Below, piece by piece: positions 23,971-38,300 of a DNA stretch of 64,000 bases (position 1 is its first letter; each line of letters opens with the position of its first letter). Made by a program: the position numbers and the translations under genes. Below the pieces are notes generated by a model that saw nothing but the letters and a program-made list of their open reading frames with translations, did no database searches and was not told the origin of the DNA. Source of the DNA: Ostrea edulis (taxonomy: Eukaryota); NCBI RefSeq assembly GCF_947568905.1, contig NC_079173.1:3720001-3784000 (forward strand), written 5' to 3'.

Positions 23971-24712
23971 TGCAAACACGACCTTAGAAATGTACATGAT
24001 ACATTAATGTTTATATCGCAGTAAACGTCCTAATGTAATTAATATCTTCATAAGACATCTTTGAATAGTATTTTCTCAATATAGAAATAGCTTAATTATT
24101 TAACACTTGAGAATCTAATCTATAAGGTCATCTTTAAAAATATTAGAAATAAGCTATAGGCCTATTTCAAAAGTTAAAAATACATGTACGCTTAAGCATA
24201 ATTATAATTTACTTATCAAATAGACTTTATGCCTTTTGATGTTTTATATCTTTACTACAAGTGTGTTGAGCTAATTGCTATAGGCCTAATAGAATTGAAC
24301 GCAAATTGTAAGCTATAAGAAACTTGGCTAGAAATACTAAATGAATCTCCAGAATCATACCCAAATGCTGAAGATACAAAATCCAAATAGATTTCACAAG
24401 AATGAAGACAACCAGTGACACCGGACAAAATGTGTACACCCAAGAAAACAATCCAAACACGACCACCGGTCCAAGTCACGTGTCAGGATTTAACCAATAG
24501 ATCACCGTAATTTTGGAAATACAAATGTAGTTCATTAAAGAAAATGTAAAATAACTTTATAATCAAACTTATTTGTAAAACTTTTATCAATGCATTAACT
24601 TGCATATATTTATCAATACTCAGAGATAAAATCCGAATTTTATGATTATGTACACGAAATTTTTGCTTTGCTACCAGAAAAATGGGGGGATTAACGTGAT
24701 AGAAACGGTTAT

Positions 24713-25109
24713 CAGGGGCGGACCCAGGAATTGCAGTTACGGGGGCGCCACTTTATGAGGCAGGAGACCCCCAACATCAGGGGGTCAGGGGGCTTCGCAC
24801 CCAGAAGCTCATGGATTTTACAGATTTTATAGAGCTTAAGATATATCTTCTATTTAGTCATTTTATAAGGTGAAATTAATGAAATGACGCAAATTTTAAG
24901 GGTTTTTGGAAAAAAAATTAAGTTCTCCCAATAAAATAATTCAAGAAATCAAAAAAAAAAATTCATTCATTTCTTTGGGTATGGAAGAAATTACTGCTTC
25001 TTTTATCGTTTAGTACATTTTTCTAAACAAGATACCACGATTTACCTTAAATTTGAAAATTTTAGTGGGGGGGGGGGGGGGGGTTCGCCCCCTTAAATCC
25101 GCCATTGGT
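24713..25109 (+). mobile_element. MITE-like element with CAGGGGCGGA...TCCGCCATTG ends
   Basis: Imperfect terminal inverted repeats. Same family in reverse at 62290-62740; a shorter relative at 29770-29940. Confidence 0.65.
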
Positions 25110-26024
25110 TACGACAGTAGGAGCCACTTTATTGAAATATCGAGTGGTTTTATCGGACAAATGAATTTCCACTCGGCAACAAGAAAATAATTGATACACT
25201 GAATGAATTAGTAAAAGGGTTATAACAATGCTTGGCAAGGATGCCTAGCTACTGGTATTTATATATGTAGAACTGAAATGTAATATTTAAGTGTGTACTA
25301 GGAATTAATTTCAATTCATTAATTGATTCACCAAGCATGTTGGCATACTATCATGTTACACAACATGAGATATATAATGACAATAAACTAAATACTAACA
25401 GTTCATTTACATATATGTAAATACAAGTATATATTTGACATGTACCTGTGATATTAGACTGCATGTATGCAATTTAGTATTGCATCTTCAACAATAGTTT
25501 TACAAAACTGACAAAAAACGACATTCTTTTGGAATACATGGTTTTCAATATCTACCAGTTTCAATTTCTAAAGGGTGGGCAGATATTCTTAGTTTTGTTA
25601 ATCTAGAGCGTACTACTTTCGCAATTGGAAATTTCAAATAGTCTTGTAATTCATAGTTCTTTCTAATTTTACTGTAAAATAGCAATTTTCTACGTTTAGA
25701 GAATTCAGAATTTTGCAGTTGCATGTTAATATTATCAGTATATAGTAATTAAATTAAAGAAAAATAATACGAAATATATACATTTTATTGTAAATAAACA
25801 TACAATCTTTGGAAAATAAAGTATGTACTCGCTGATATTGATACTCTTTTTCATTTGTATTTCATGTTTATATAGTATGTAATTCAAAAGAAATATTTAA
25901 AGTTTGTACAAATCGTCCAATACAAATCTTTGCCAAGTTTTTTCTTTTTCTAATCATCATTTGCAGCTGTTTTGAACTCCTCACATTTTCACCCACTCCT
26001 AATGTGAATATTATATTGAAGGAA

Positions 26025-26195
26025 AAGATCCCGCTCGCGCCGGTAAGTGAGAAAGTTTCCCAGTTTACTTTCGGAAGGTCGGTGGTCTCTTCCAAGTTAC
26101 ATTGTATCTGGGTTCTCTCTTCCTCCAACAAAAATTGGGCGCCACCAGATAACTGAAAAATTGTTGAGTGTGGCGGAAAACATCAATCAATCTAA
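26025..26195 (+). mobile_element. 5'-truncated V-type SINE
   Basis: Near-identical to 1965-2130. Confidence 0.8.
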
Positions 26196-26299
26196 GAAAA
26201 TGTCAAATATCATGTGAAAATTTGTGTGCTTTTCATGAAATACTTATTACAGTGTGTATTTATCAATGTGATTTGATCAAATTTTTATGCTGTCTGGTT

Positions 26300-26545
26300 T
26301 CTTACCATTAGTAAGCCCTTCGTTACACACTGAATTTGACTACGGATTACTCTGATGACCAGATCAAGATAAAGGGCTCACGGCGGGTATATAACCTCGG
26401 ACGATAAGGGCTACATACTCCTCCTACAATGGAGGCACCTAATCCCACCACCGGTATGTCCAGGGGTCCATGTTTGTCCAACTCTATATTTTGTATTCTT
26501 TACGGGAGTCATGAGATTGATCACTGTTCGTTTTCTTTACCCTTT
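26300..26545 (+). mobile_element. Penelope-like 3' UTR fragment
   Basis: TACGGATTACTC...GGGCTCACGGCGGGT...GAGATTGATCACTGTTCG. Confidence 0.65.
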
Positions 26546-26739
26546 GAAAGTGAAGTATTTTTGTAATAAAATTCAACCACATATCTGTAGTTTAGGCAGA
26601 TTTTGCACACGTATTTGACAGTATAGACGCACCATGTAAGTGAAATATCGCAGACATAATTATGCCTTGTTACCTTATCATCAGAAGTTAGAGTTTGTTT
26701 GTAGATCTTCAAAGTTTAAGAATAAAATGATTACAAACA

Positions 26740-28080
26740 GGTTTAAAAGACTAAATATAATATTGAACGCAAAAGCAGTACTTTATTTGTGCCTCTGAAA
26801 TGCGTTTCAGGTGAAAAACTAATGTTTTTGACATAATGACTATTTATGGATTTATTTATGGGGCACTTTTAAGTGCAAAAAGGTTTTGAACATATTTTAT
26901 TGATCAAATCAAAAGGATTGGGAACAAGTTCTAACAACTTTCAAGTCCCTCTCTTAAGATTTTACAATATGTCATGCAAGGTAATAATTAACAGGTAAAA
27001 TGTACAATGATTAAACGAATCTACAAGTTTCTTCTATAAATTTATGAACAAATGAAAAAAATATTTATATTAGTTTGCAGAGGCAAATTGACATCACCGC
27101 ATAATAACAATTTTACATCATTATTGACCAAGTCAAGCATGGAAAGGCGATTAAAAGGATTATTTCTAGCTCTAGAGTAATTTTCACAAGCGAATAAGAA
27201 ATGGTAGACATCTTCGTTAAAATTTCCACATGTACAAAACGGAGAATTTGTAATATTTCGTTTATAAAGATCATAATTAAGTATACAGTTGTGTCTTAGC
27301 TTTGTATGAACAATGTAGATATATCGTTTTCCAATATGATGGTGGTCTTGTCATTATATTTTGGCGGAATGAATTGATTGAGATGGCTTCTCTGGGTTCT
27401 ACATTTAATAAATTCCAGTTTTACAGAGTCAGGTACAAATCAGTTTTTGAATAACTCTCATCTGCATTTTAGAATATAAAACTTATCTTTGTTCCTAGTA
27501 TCATAAAGGGATATATTTTCATGTTTATGTGGAATAATTTCATTTAAATAATCAGAGGCGTTACCATTGCAAATTTTAAACATGGTAGTCATTTTTGCGA
27601 TATAACGTTTGCCAGTCTGTTTCTGCATAGAGCTGGGGATTCTCTAGATACAAACATAGGAAGACCAGTAACGATTCTATCTACACATAATTGTACTTTT
27701 TCAAGTTTATCAGTATCGTGAACAGAACAGCCATCCCAAACAATTGAAGCATATTCGAGAGTAGGTCTAATAAAAGCTGTATGTAAAATTTTGACAGATA
27801 TCGATGTTTTCTACCAATTTTGAACTTAAGCTTTTTTAAAAGCCCCAATTTTTATAACATAGTAGTATAGAGTGGAATTGAGTTATCTTTTTGCGAAAAA
27901 TGAACAGCTTTAGTCTTGGATAGATTGAATTTGAGTAACCACTTATTTGACCATTTTTCTAATGTATGTAAATCATAATCATATATGCAAAAAGGTCATG
28001 TTTAGAACACCGTATTCAATAACAGGCATTGTGACCCTACTTTTTCTTTTTAATTTCGTAATTCTCCTTCAATGTGGAAA
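26740..28080 (-). mobile_element. Degenerate CR1-type LINE ORF2 3' fragment
   Basis: Hand translation gives WSNKWLLKFNLSKTK, FIRPTLEYASIVWDGC and KLRHNCILNYDLYKRNITNSPFCTCG..EDVYHFLFAC, interrupted by stops and frameshifts. Confidence 0.8.
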
Positions 28081-28369
28081 TCAATAGCACACTTCTCCAA
28101 AAATTTACATTGCTCCAAATCTCACGTGCGATCCTCTTTACATCTTCGCTAGTCAAGGATTTACGATCCGATCCGCTTATTTGAGAAGCGGAGCGGATCG
28201 TAAGCCTTTTGGCTAGTAATTATCGTGAGTTCATTATTTACCAAATATGGAGCGTCATTATGATCAAAGGGTGCATTGGCTGTTCCGTTTAATGTAACGA
28301 ATAGGTTAGCCATACATGATATTCTAATACTTTGTTTATATTTTTAAGAAATACATAAAAATATAAACA

Positions 28370-28610
28370 TAAACAATAAAATGTCTTTCTTTGTTGTTTC
28401 ATAGGTTTTTATAGTCGGTTAAAAAGCTCTACAGAGCTTGTGTTTGATATGTTGAATATATATAGTGCCATATTAAACCCGCTCACGCGAGTTACATGTA
28501 CGATTTTTTTCTGCAACTCGCGTTAGCGGGTTATGCAATTTTTTGCTGCAATGGTTGCTGTAACCCTCATCACCCGATGAAACAACAAAGAAAGCATTTT
28601 ATTATTTAAA
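28370..28610. mobile_element. MITE with about 25-bp terminal inverted repeats and an internal hairpin
   Basis: AATAAAATGTCTTTCTTGTTGTTTC / GAAACAACAAAGAAAGCATTTTATT; internal AACCCGCTCACGCGAGTT / AACTCGCGTTAGCGGGTT. Confidence 0.65.
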
Positions 28611-29107
28611 TCGTACCACAAATTCTTGTCTTGGTGTCCTACATTGTAAAATAGGTGAAACAGTTGTCTAGCACTTTAAAATTATTTTAATACCTTATTC
28701 TACTTTTATGTGGAGACAATGAATAAATCCCTGAAGCCCACCACACCAATGTTTGTGTCCCCTTGATATTTATTTATATCAGATTCCCTGGACTTGTGAG
28801 TATAATAAAACACTTCATTCATAGTTGCATCTTGCTGTTGAACCCCCCCCCCCCCCCCCCAACCCCCCAAGTTGCAAATTTGAATGTACAATGCAAGACA
28901 AAAATGAATATGGGTTTATGATTTTCGAAAACTACACATTTCAAAAGAAATAAGTGAAAACGTGTGTGTCTCTTATCCATGTACATTTTAAAAACGTATC
29001 TAGAAATAAAAATAATCTTCACAACCCACATCATTTTGAGAAATATTGTATGGCAATGCTTTGATTGTAAAGATTATTTTCACATACCAAACACGTACAG
29101 TAATTAA

Positions 29108-29442
29108 GGTAGCTCACTACACTAAAGCTTATACTCTGTATGACACCATGTCACAAGATGGCGATTTAAATGTTTTGTGAAATTATTTGTATCGATCGAT
29201 CTGTTTGTCTATCATTGTAACCCAGTGGTGAAAACATTGGACTGGTGAAACACAGATCTTGAGTTCAAATCCCCAGAGTCTTTTGTTCATATGTGTTGAA
29301 ATAATTTTTCTGAAAATCATGTTTTTATCCAAATTTGTACATTTTTTGCATGTATATTTATTGTTTATCATCATACCTTTTATAATTAAATCAATTCGTA
29401 CAGATTTGAGAAACTATTTCTGGGTGTAGTGATCGAGCCACC
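29108..29442. mobile_element. Non-autonomous Kolobok-type DNA transposon
   Basis: TTAA on both sides, GG...CC termini, inverted ends GGTAGCTCACTACAC / GTGTAGTGATCGAGCCACC. Confidence 0.7.
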
Positions 29443-29769
29443 TTAACCTTTAATAGTCTGGAGAGATAGACAAAGAAAAATTGAATATTAAATTTTATTT
29501 GTGTATAAAATGTTACAAAATTGTCCAACAATGAAAAATAAAGCTATGATGGTAGAAATATCTAAAAACATAAAGCACTTTAAAATCTTCTTTCACAGCA
29601 GTGACAACACAACAGTATAAAACTAACAAAATCTGCATACACAAAAATTGATTATGCATAAGTTGTCATTTCAAAATAGCACTTAATCTTCAATCATTTT
29701 AATTTGTTTTATATTTGAATGATTAGTTGATAGCTTGTAATACAATAGGTACATATCAGATACAATTAA

Positions 29770-29940
29770 CTGCAGAGGTGGATCCAACGGGGTTGGGTTG
29801 GACCCCCCCCCCTCAACTTCCTTCAGAAAGTTTTGCTTAAAAATGGTAAAAATAATGTATTTTGAGGGTGGAACCCCCTTGAAAACCAAAATCAATGAAA
29901 GAGCCCTCTTTTTCAAAAATTCCTGGATCCACCCCTGCAC
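29770..29940. mobile_element. Short MITE of the CAGGGGCGGATCC type
   Basis: GCAGAGGTGGATCCA ... TGGATCCACCCCTGC inverted ends. Confidence 0.6.
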
Positions 29941-32116
29941 TGCTTCATATACATACAGAGTTTAATCACTTGTCTCAATGAAACACAATTTATCTTTTTT
30001 CTTATGGTGAACAATGAAATAAAACTTGAGACTTTACTGATAAAAATCTGACTGCTTTGATCTTTCAGTCTACTTGTACTGTAACAGTCTAAAAGTTATA
30101 TACAACCCAAGGTATAGTTACAAATGCATAGGCTATACACAATAAATTTTGATTTCAGGTGTGTCAAAAATTTACAGCTACCTTACAAAACAGCTACAAT
30201 CCATAAACAACTGATGTCAAGAAACGACAAAATTTCTCATGTCAACACTGATCTGTTGTTAACTTCTGTTGTTGACTTTCGGAGAAGAAAGTGCTGGACT
30301 TTTATCACAAACGGATCACACCGAGGTGCATAGTGACGTAAAAATTTATTGCAAGACAGCACTTACATCGTAACAACCGTGTTATTCACACCCACTACAG
30401 TAGCAATTGCTATATATACAAATCAATTTGTCAACATTGTACAATCCACAATAAAGCATGTCACAAGGAGTCTTGTATAAACTTGCATATCTATGTTAAA
30501 TATTCCTGTAATAAATCTAAAGTTGCATAAAACATTACATTATTTTCTACTCTTCTATAACACAGTGACTGTCAGACTCTTTACTTAATTAATGATGGTA
30601 AGGTGATTACAAAGGCCACAGATGGCCTTTGTTTAAATTCCACAATTATTGACATTCAGTAGTGCTTATGGGCCCCAACAACCTTATCACATGCATGTAT
30701 CACTTAGTATAGACATCCCAAGCTGACAACCTGTTCAAGCTGGAAAAAAACAAAAAGGACCCGACCCAAATGTGTATGCACTATATGCTCTCAATAAAAA
30801 TAACTGTTTTTCTTCCTCTTCAAAAGATGCTGTGACTCAGCCAGACTTCTTACATAAAATTACTGCACGATTGATCCCATCTGCTTTTATATGAGGTTTT
30901 CTCAAAAGAATTATTTCCTATGACCTTGAGATTAAATGTTTTAAAGGATTGACATGATCAATGAATAACGAGTTGTCTCCGATACAGGACACAGGATAAA
31001 GCATGCATGTCATTGATTGTATCGCAAAACATTAACCCTTCAAATCGGAGATTCAGTTTACGTCACTGCAGACGAATATTCTGCACAATGTAGCATTTTT
31101 CAATTGTGACAGTCCTAGAGAACAAAATATGTGTCTAATTACTCATATCAAACCCTGTACATTTCACGTGACTGTTCCTAACATGTAATAAGATCAGATA
31201 TACTTGGATGTACTAATGACAAAATAGACATCCCGCTAAAGAATTCAAAGTCATTAATTTTGTGCATATATTAGTGCTAAAATTAAGTAAAATATCAAGA
31301 TGACCATATCAAAACACATTCCTAGATGTATATCAAATCTATTCCAGCAAAAATTGTCACCTTTAAGGACACAGAACCAAATTTTAATTTTTTAGTTCTA
31401 CGCAGAAACCTTTCTATGCGAATGTAATTAAAAATGTGGTCGTGATGGTAACTGATCGACACATTCAAATATTAAACAAGTCTTGTTTTGCATAGAAAAA
31501 TACCAAGTTTTTTAAATACATAAAATTGTATTACATATATATATATATACATGTAGTGTAAATATATATTATGTTTGCAACATGCTACACATGTACTTCT
31601 GATGTTAATTAATTCTTTATAAAAAATGTTTTGCTACAGCCCTTTTGTCAATTAGGTTTATCCTGAAGTACGTCAATTTTCCTTTCAATTTCAATGAATA
31701 TTGGTCGGTTAATATAAAATATGATTGTAAACTCTGAAATCCATATCTACAACTATACAATTCTTTCAACTTATTTCACTCATCAAAGCTATAGGCCACT
31801 TTGTCATTTATCAACTGTTAAGCAATAACAAGTTAGATTGATCATCTTTGAAGTGACCAACACATACACCATCAGCACTAATAACCTGTGTATGAATTTT
31901 AAAAGTACAAAACAAACAAAACAAAGAAAATAGTTAAACAAAACAAACAAAACAAAGAAAATAGTTAAACAAAACAAACAAAACTATACGATTTCCTTAA
32001 CATACATGTACCAAAGGTACAACAAAATAGTATTTTTGAAGAGTTGGTCCCCGAAAATTGTTTTTACATCCATTTCAGACAGGAATACCTCCTCCACTTC
32101 TGCAGATACATCCATT

Positions 32117-32317
32117 TCAGACAGGAATACCTCCTCCACTTCTGCAGATAGACTTCTGACAATACCACAACAGGTCATCTCGCCCATGCTCTGTAACCTC
32201 AACAACTTTAAGGTACACCCTGTAGTTCTGGTGACAATCTATTGGTCTCTCCTGTAGATCCAATGGAGTGTTGTCCATAAAACAAAGCGTCAGCATGTTA
32301 ATTCCATCAGTCTCCAT
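32117..32317 (-). CDS. MAP3K14: Kinase gene last exon: METDGINMLTLCFMDNTPLDLQERP...LLWYCQKSICRSGGGIPV*
   Basis: Acceptor cttccag|ATG, phase 0, 201 nt; resembles the second half of the NIK C-terminal domain. Confidence 0.85.
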   Translation of the reverse strand: METDGINMLTLCFMDNTPLDLQERPIDCHQNYRVYLKVVEVTEHGRDDLLWYCQKSICRSGGGIPV

Positions 32318-35300
32318 CTGGAAGAGGAACAAACACTGAAAATTAATTATGTCCCTAAAAGAAACCCAAGAAGAGGCCAAAATGCCAGAACGGTCACCTG
32401 AGTATCTTCAATGGACAGCTCATTCAAACAAAGTGTTTAAAATAATTGTTTAAAAATTAAAATAAATGGTCCCCAATCTTTATCTTTCCCAATTCATTTT
32501 TTTTAATGTCCAAGAGTAAATGATCATTTTACAAAATTCATGTGCTGCATTTTTACTTAACGACCACCTAGCCTGTAATTACTCCCCAGGATCATGAATT
32601 GTTGTAGATTTACACGCTCCATAACATTGGGCCACATTGCTCACCTGAGTCACCTTGACCCTGTTGTTTTTCAGCAAAAATCTTAACCCCATATCATGGC
32701 TCCCAACCTAACCCCAAAGGCCACAATATAACTGTGAAACAAGGTCAAAAGATCAATGACCATGGTATGAAATGTAAGGTCTTGTTATAAGGAATCTATA
32801 CAAATTTTGAAAGCTAGTCCTTTATACCTTAGATATTGTCTACCTTGTAAGGTTTTCTTAGAAGTAAGTCAAATTCCAAAGTCAAAGCCACAAGGTGAAA
32901 ACTTTGGTACCAAAAGAAAGGTCTATCAATGTCACAATACATGTAAATGCACACATGAATTATTTTTTAATTAGTTAATTAGTTTTAGTAGAATAATTCC
33001 TCATTAATAAATCCTGTGGGGATCCAGGTTAGAATAGGTCCTCAGTACCCCTTGCTTGTAAGAAGAAGAGACTAAATGGGGAGGTTTTTCGGATGAGACC
33101 GCAAAAACTGAGGCCCCGTGTCACAGCAGGTGTGGCACGATAAAAATCCGTCCTTGCTCTAAGACTGTAAGCACCGAGAATAGGCCTAAATTTTGCAGCC
33201 CTTCACTGGCAGAGGTGACGTCTCCACATGAGTGAAACATTCTCAAGTCAGACATTAAACAATAGACAACCAACCAACCTCATTAATAACACGCATAAAA
33301 GCTCTGGATAAAGGATTTTTAAAAAAAAATTTGAATTAAAGTCTTAATTGCTGTTAATAATACATTGTACATGCTAAGATTCACCTTCATCACACAATGT
33401 TGAAAAGTTCTCATAAACACAATCAATAAAGATAAATACCATGCGAAAGTTCTCCTCTACAAAGCTTTTCCACGATTTGTTACTGTATTCATACGACAGC
33501 TTTGTTGTGAAAGTTTTCCCATCCAGCTTCAAAACTTCCACTTTGATACTTTTATCTGAAATGTCAGATGAAAAACATCAACCTTTGTTACTTTTATCTG
33601 AAATATTAAATACGTCCATCCAATTTCACTTTGTTACTTTTATCTGAAATATTAAATAAGTTCATCCAATTTCACTTTGTTACTTTTATCTGAAATGTTA
33701 AATACCAAGTAACTAATAAAAAGTAAATCACTTTGTTACTTTGATCTGAAATGTTAAATACCAAGTAACTAATAAAAAGTAAATCACTTTGTTACTTTGA
33801 TCTGAAATGTTAAATACCAAGTAACTAATAAAAAGTAAATCACTTTGTTACTTTGATCTGAAATATTAAATACCAAGTAACTAATAAAAAGTAAATCACT
33901 TTAAAAACATGTTGTAGTTGTTGCTTGTCATTCAGAAATCCATTAAATACTTTCTCACGACAAAATCAGTCCACGAATTTCTTATGATACTTATGAAGCA
34001 TCATTTGGCCTGGTATGGTATTACATCAAAATATCTTTATCTTGAATATGGGTTAAATCTTCAATAACCCTGCTTATGTCAAAGTCGATCGCCCGTCCCG
34101 GCCATAACCCCCATGTATCGTAAATGACTTTATAAACTCCTGTGATATCTTAAAATTGGTAGTCTCGAATACCCTGCTTATGTCAAAGTGTCTTCAATGT
34201 CCCAAGCCCTTAAAGACCGAGGAAATAAGCACCGCCTTCAATTTTACCTGGTCTGTAAACCCCTGTCAATCAGGAGAAATTTAGCTTCAGATTGGATGCT
34301 AGAAATTGATGGACATTTAGTTACTAATCCGTGTGTATACATTGTCCACCTCGTCTCTCGATCGAGGCGTCCGTGAAATGTTTTGATGTTTACCGCGTAG
34401 TATGCCAGCTCAATTGAGAAAGTTTTGATAAGAAAATTATGGCTTTGTATTACATCTTTAGTCACAAAATATAATGTATTGAGTCGAAAATCTTACATAT
34501 AATTACATCAATTATAATAAATTATGATGGGTTGTGTTTAGGAAGAGGTGCAATAGAAAATTATGGATGGTTAGAACATAATTTACATGGGCATGGATTT
34601 TATGCTCAAGAAACTGTACCGACTCTCATTGGAAATGTCGTGTTTATATACTATTATCAAAATTTTAATTATGAGTAAATACGTCATTAAAATTCTGTTT
34701 ATATTCAGTTGAAATTTTATCAGCGTCATTTTACGACGAAACATGGCAACAAAAGTAACCTAAGTAACCGCCAACTCTATCAGAAGAGAAACTTTTGTGG
34801 CCAGAAAATCCCGGTGTGCCGTCCAGAAAAAATAAATCTAACAGAAAAAAACTTTATAAGAAATTCTGGACTATGTTGAGTCATCGTGGGGTGTGGGACG
34901 ATGATCGTTATATCGCCAGAAAATCCGCCGCAGTACGAAGGGATTCTCGTAGGAATCTGTATGTTTGGCAGACGCACGGATACAAGAGAGACATCATGCC
35001 TCACTGTGTTAACCTTGAAAGACAGCCTTACATGGGACATTTGTGGCAGTAAAGAACAGACTAGCTGTAGATAGTTTACTTTATTTCATCATGATTATAA
35101 TTAAGAATTTTCTGCCTAATTTTTCAATGGCTAACGTCCTCAACTACAAAATAAATTTATCGTGCTTTAACATGTTTGATTCTTTAATTTTTTTATCAAT
35201 ATTTTGAATAACATGCACAAGAAAAATAATTGCACTTATGATTTATCTTACGAAAACGTACAGGTAACACGGGTAACACCCCGTGTATTCAGGAAGCTAT

Positions 35301-38300
35301 ACAAAAGCTACCATTCTTCCCTCGGGGCTTCACACCTGCTTAAAATTACCTCCGCCCCCAACTAAACTTACCTGAGGTAAACCGACCGGTCGAAAAACTC
35401 GGTCTTTAATTCATCTGGTTTATCACATAGTGCAGTCAGCTAATCATACCTAGTATTGTTCCTTTACACATTCTCGCCCGTGGCTGGTCACATCATTTAA
35501 CTGTCAATTGTTAATTACCCCATTACCTAACATCCCCCCCCCCCCCCCCCCCCTGCAAGGTTTAAGGTAATTTGTATTCAGCGTAGTTTTCAAACATGAA
35601 ATGATTTAATTCACAGTTAATTATAAATAAATAGATCCGATATTATGGATAATTATAAATAAACAGATCCGATATTATGGATAATTATAAATAAACAGAT
35701 CCGATATTATGGATATGTTGGATGATACTCTATAATCGTTATTAAAAAGTTTGATAAATAAATCCAAAGATTTTCAATGTGCACTTGAAGTTAATAATCA
35801 TGAAAACGATAATGTATTTAATAATATACACTATATCATCAACACGTAAAATAAAGAAAATGAGATTCAAAGTGAGCAGAAATTAAAGTGAAATTCAATG
35901 TGATGTCAAAAGATGTCGCAAAATCGATGATTTAACTAGTTTTAACGTCTAGAAATAATTGAAGAGCAATGATTTCTTTATTTTGTGTGTACCAATGTCT
36001 CGTCTACATTACAATGCACAATTTACAGTCGTACTGATTTCACTAACCATTGATCTCGGTGTTCACGTATTTTTCCAATACCAATTGAAGGCTGCATTCG
36101 AATTCCTCCTCCTCTGTAAGAGAGGGCTGTAGTTCCTCTTTACCTGGTGATGCGTCAGGGTCCAGGTTCTACAAAAGACACAGAAAATGGAGAGGTCTGA
36201 TGAACAGTTGAATTACATCAAAACAGTTAAATTACATCACAACAGTTAAATTACATTACAACAGTTAAATTACATCACAACAGTTAAATTACATCACAAC
36301 AGTTAATGGGGAGGTCTGATGAACAGTTAAATTACATCAAAACAGTTAAATTACATCAAAACAGTTAAATTACATCACAACAGTTAATGGGGAGGTCTGA
36401 TGAACAGTTAAATTACATCAAAACAGTTTTAAAATACATCACAACAGTTTTAAAATACATCACAACAGTTAAATTACATCACAACAGTTAATGGAGAGGT
36501 CTGATGAACAGTTAAAATACATGATCACAAGCAGAGCTTGCTTTCTATTTTGAATTCCTTTCCGTCAAATTTTTGAGAAGATAATTTTGAAACTAACCAA
36601 CTCTTGTATGGGGTCTTCACTGTGCTGTGATAAGTCTCGGATTAACTTCTCTGTAACAATAAATAAAAATCAATTAATTATAATGATACAAAAACGTAAA
36701 GGAAAGAATTCCTATAAAAACATCAACATAGATTTACATGAAATGCTCGACCAACCCAATGACAACCCCCCCCCCCCCCAAGTAATTTTCCTTATGCAGA
36801 ATTCAAACGTCCCATATTGTGGCCCCAACCTAGCCCCAAAAATTCACGACACAATTACCCATAATGAAATCACAAAAATTCACGACCCAATTACCCATAA
36901 TGAAATCACACAATAAGGGGATGCCTCAATACTCTCTTGCTGTTCTGGAAAAGAAGACTTTTAAAAAAGATTTTCTTTCCTGTATACATGCATTATAATA
37001 AATTCTATCCATGCTAGCCCAAAGTAAAAAAAACAAACAGAGGCCGTCATGGGCCACATCGCTCAAATTATTTACCTTAGCCCTGCTGTTTTTAGCTATT
37101 ATGATTTTTAAGATGTTTTTGCATTCTCTAATCCCATGAAATATTTTGACCCCATTTTGTGACTCAACCTAGCCCCATTATGGGTCACGATATAACCATG
37201 GTACAATGTCAATAAAAAATCATAAGGAATCTATATACACAAAAAAACCTTAATCTTATGCTTGTCTTTTCTTGAATCTATTCTTTGTCAGGAATCTTTC
37301 ATTCAAATTTCAACTTTTCTGGTCCAGTGGTTCTCGTGAACAATTTTAAATGTCCCTACCCTATTTTTGCCTTTTCTTGATTATCTCCCCTTTGAAGGGA
37401 GCATGACCCTTTATTTGAACAAACTTGAATTCCCTCTATTCAAAGATGATTTGTACCAAGTTTGATTCAAATTGGCCCAGTGAGTCTGAAGATGAAGATA
37501 AAAATGCAAAAAGTTGACAGACAGATGGACAGCTAGATGATAAGACAAGAGGTGATTAAAAAAGCTCCTTTAAAAACATGGAATGACATTTTCACTCACC
37601 ATATTCTTCATCTTGTTCTTTTTGGCTTGTGGGGGAGGAAGACCTCGGGGTAGAAACCTTGGGCTGCAGCAGACTGAATGGCGTCTTGGGCTGATTCACC
37701 TGGGGAGTGTAGAACTTAGGAGGAGTTAAAGGACTATACGGTAAACCAACATCTGGGTTTGAAAGTCGGTATTGAACTTTTGAAGGTTTTGACGGATTTT
37801 TAACATCCACATGTAAGTTATGTTTCCGTTGGTTGGGTTTTTTGAAATTCCTCGGTGGTGGAAGAGCTTTGCTAGGGTCTGTGTCTATAACCACCATCTG
37901 TCTACTAGGGTCTATTGTAAAGGGCATGATGGGACCTGGGGCCACCACCTCTCCTTGAGACTCACTGGATTCCTGTCCACTCAGATTGAGACTTGTATTA
38001 TCTTTGATAGACCCTTCAGATTTGTTTATGCTGAAGTCTTGAGACTTATTTGTTGATGGTGTCTCATCGACTGCGAACAGATCGTCGTCATTGATGTCGT
38101 AGTCATCATCAAACATGGTGTTTTTGCGAGGTAAGGCAGGATTCACAGCTGCCATCCTTGATAACGGTTTCACACGATCTCCTACATCCGTAATTCCTGA
38201 ATCGCCTTTTCTCTTGTCTGATGGAGCGTGAAAAACGTTCTCATCTGATGCAGCATTTGGAACTTCCTCCACTGGAACCTCTACCTCCACTGGAATCTCT

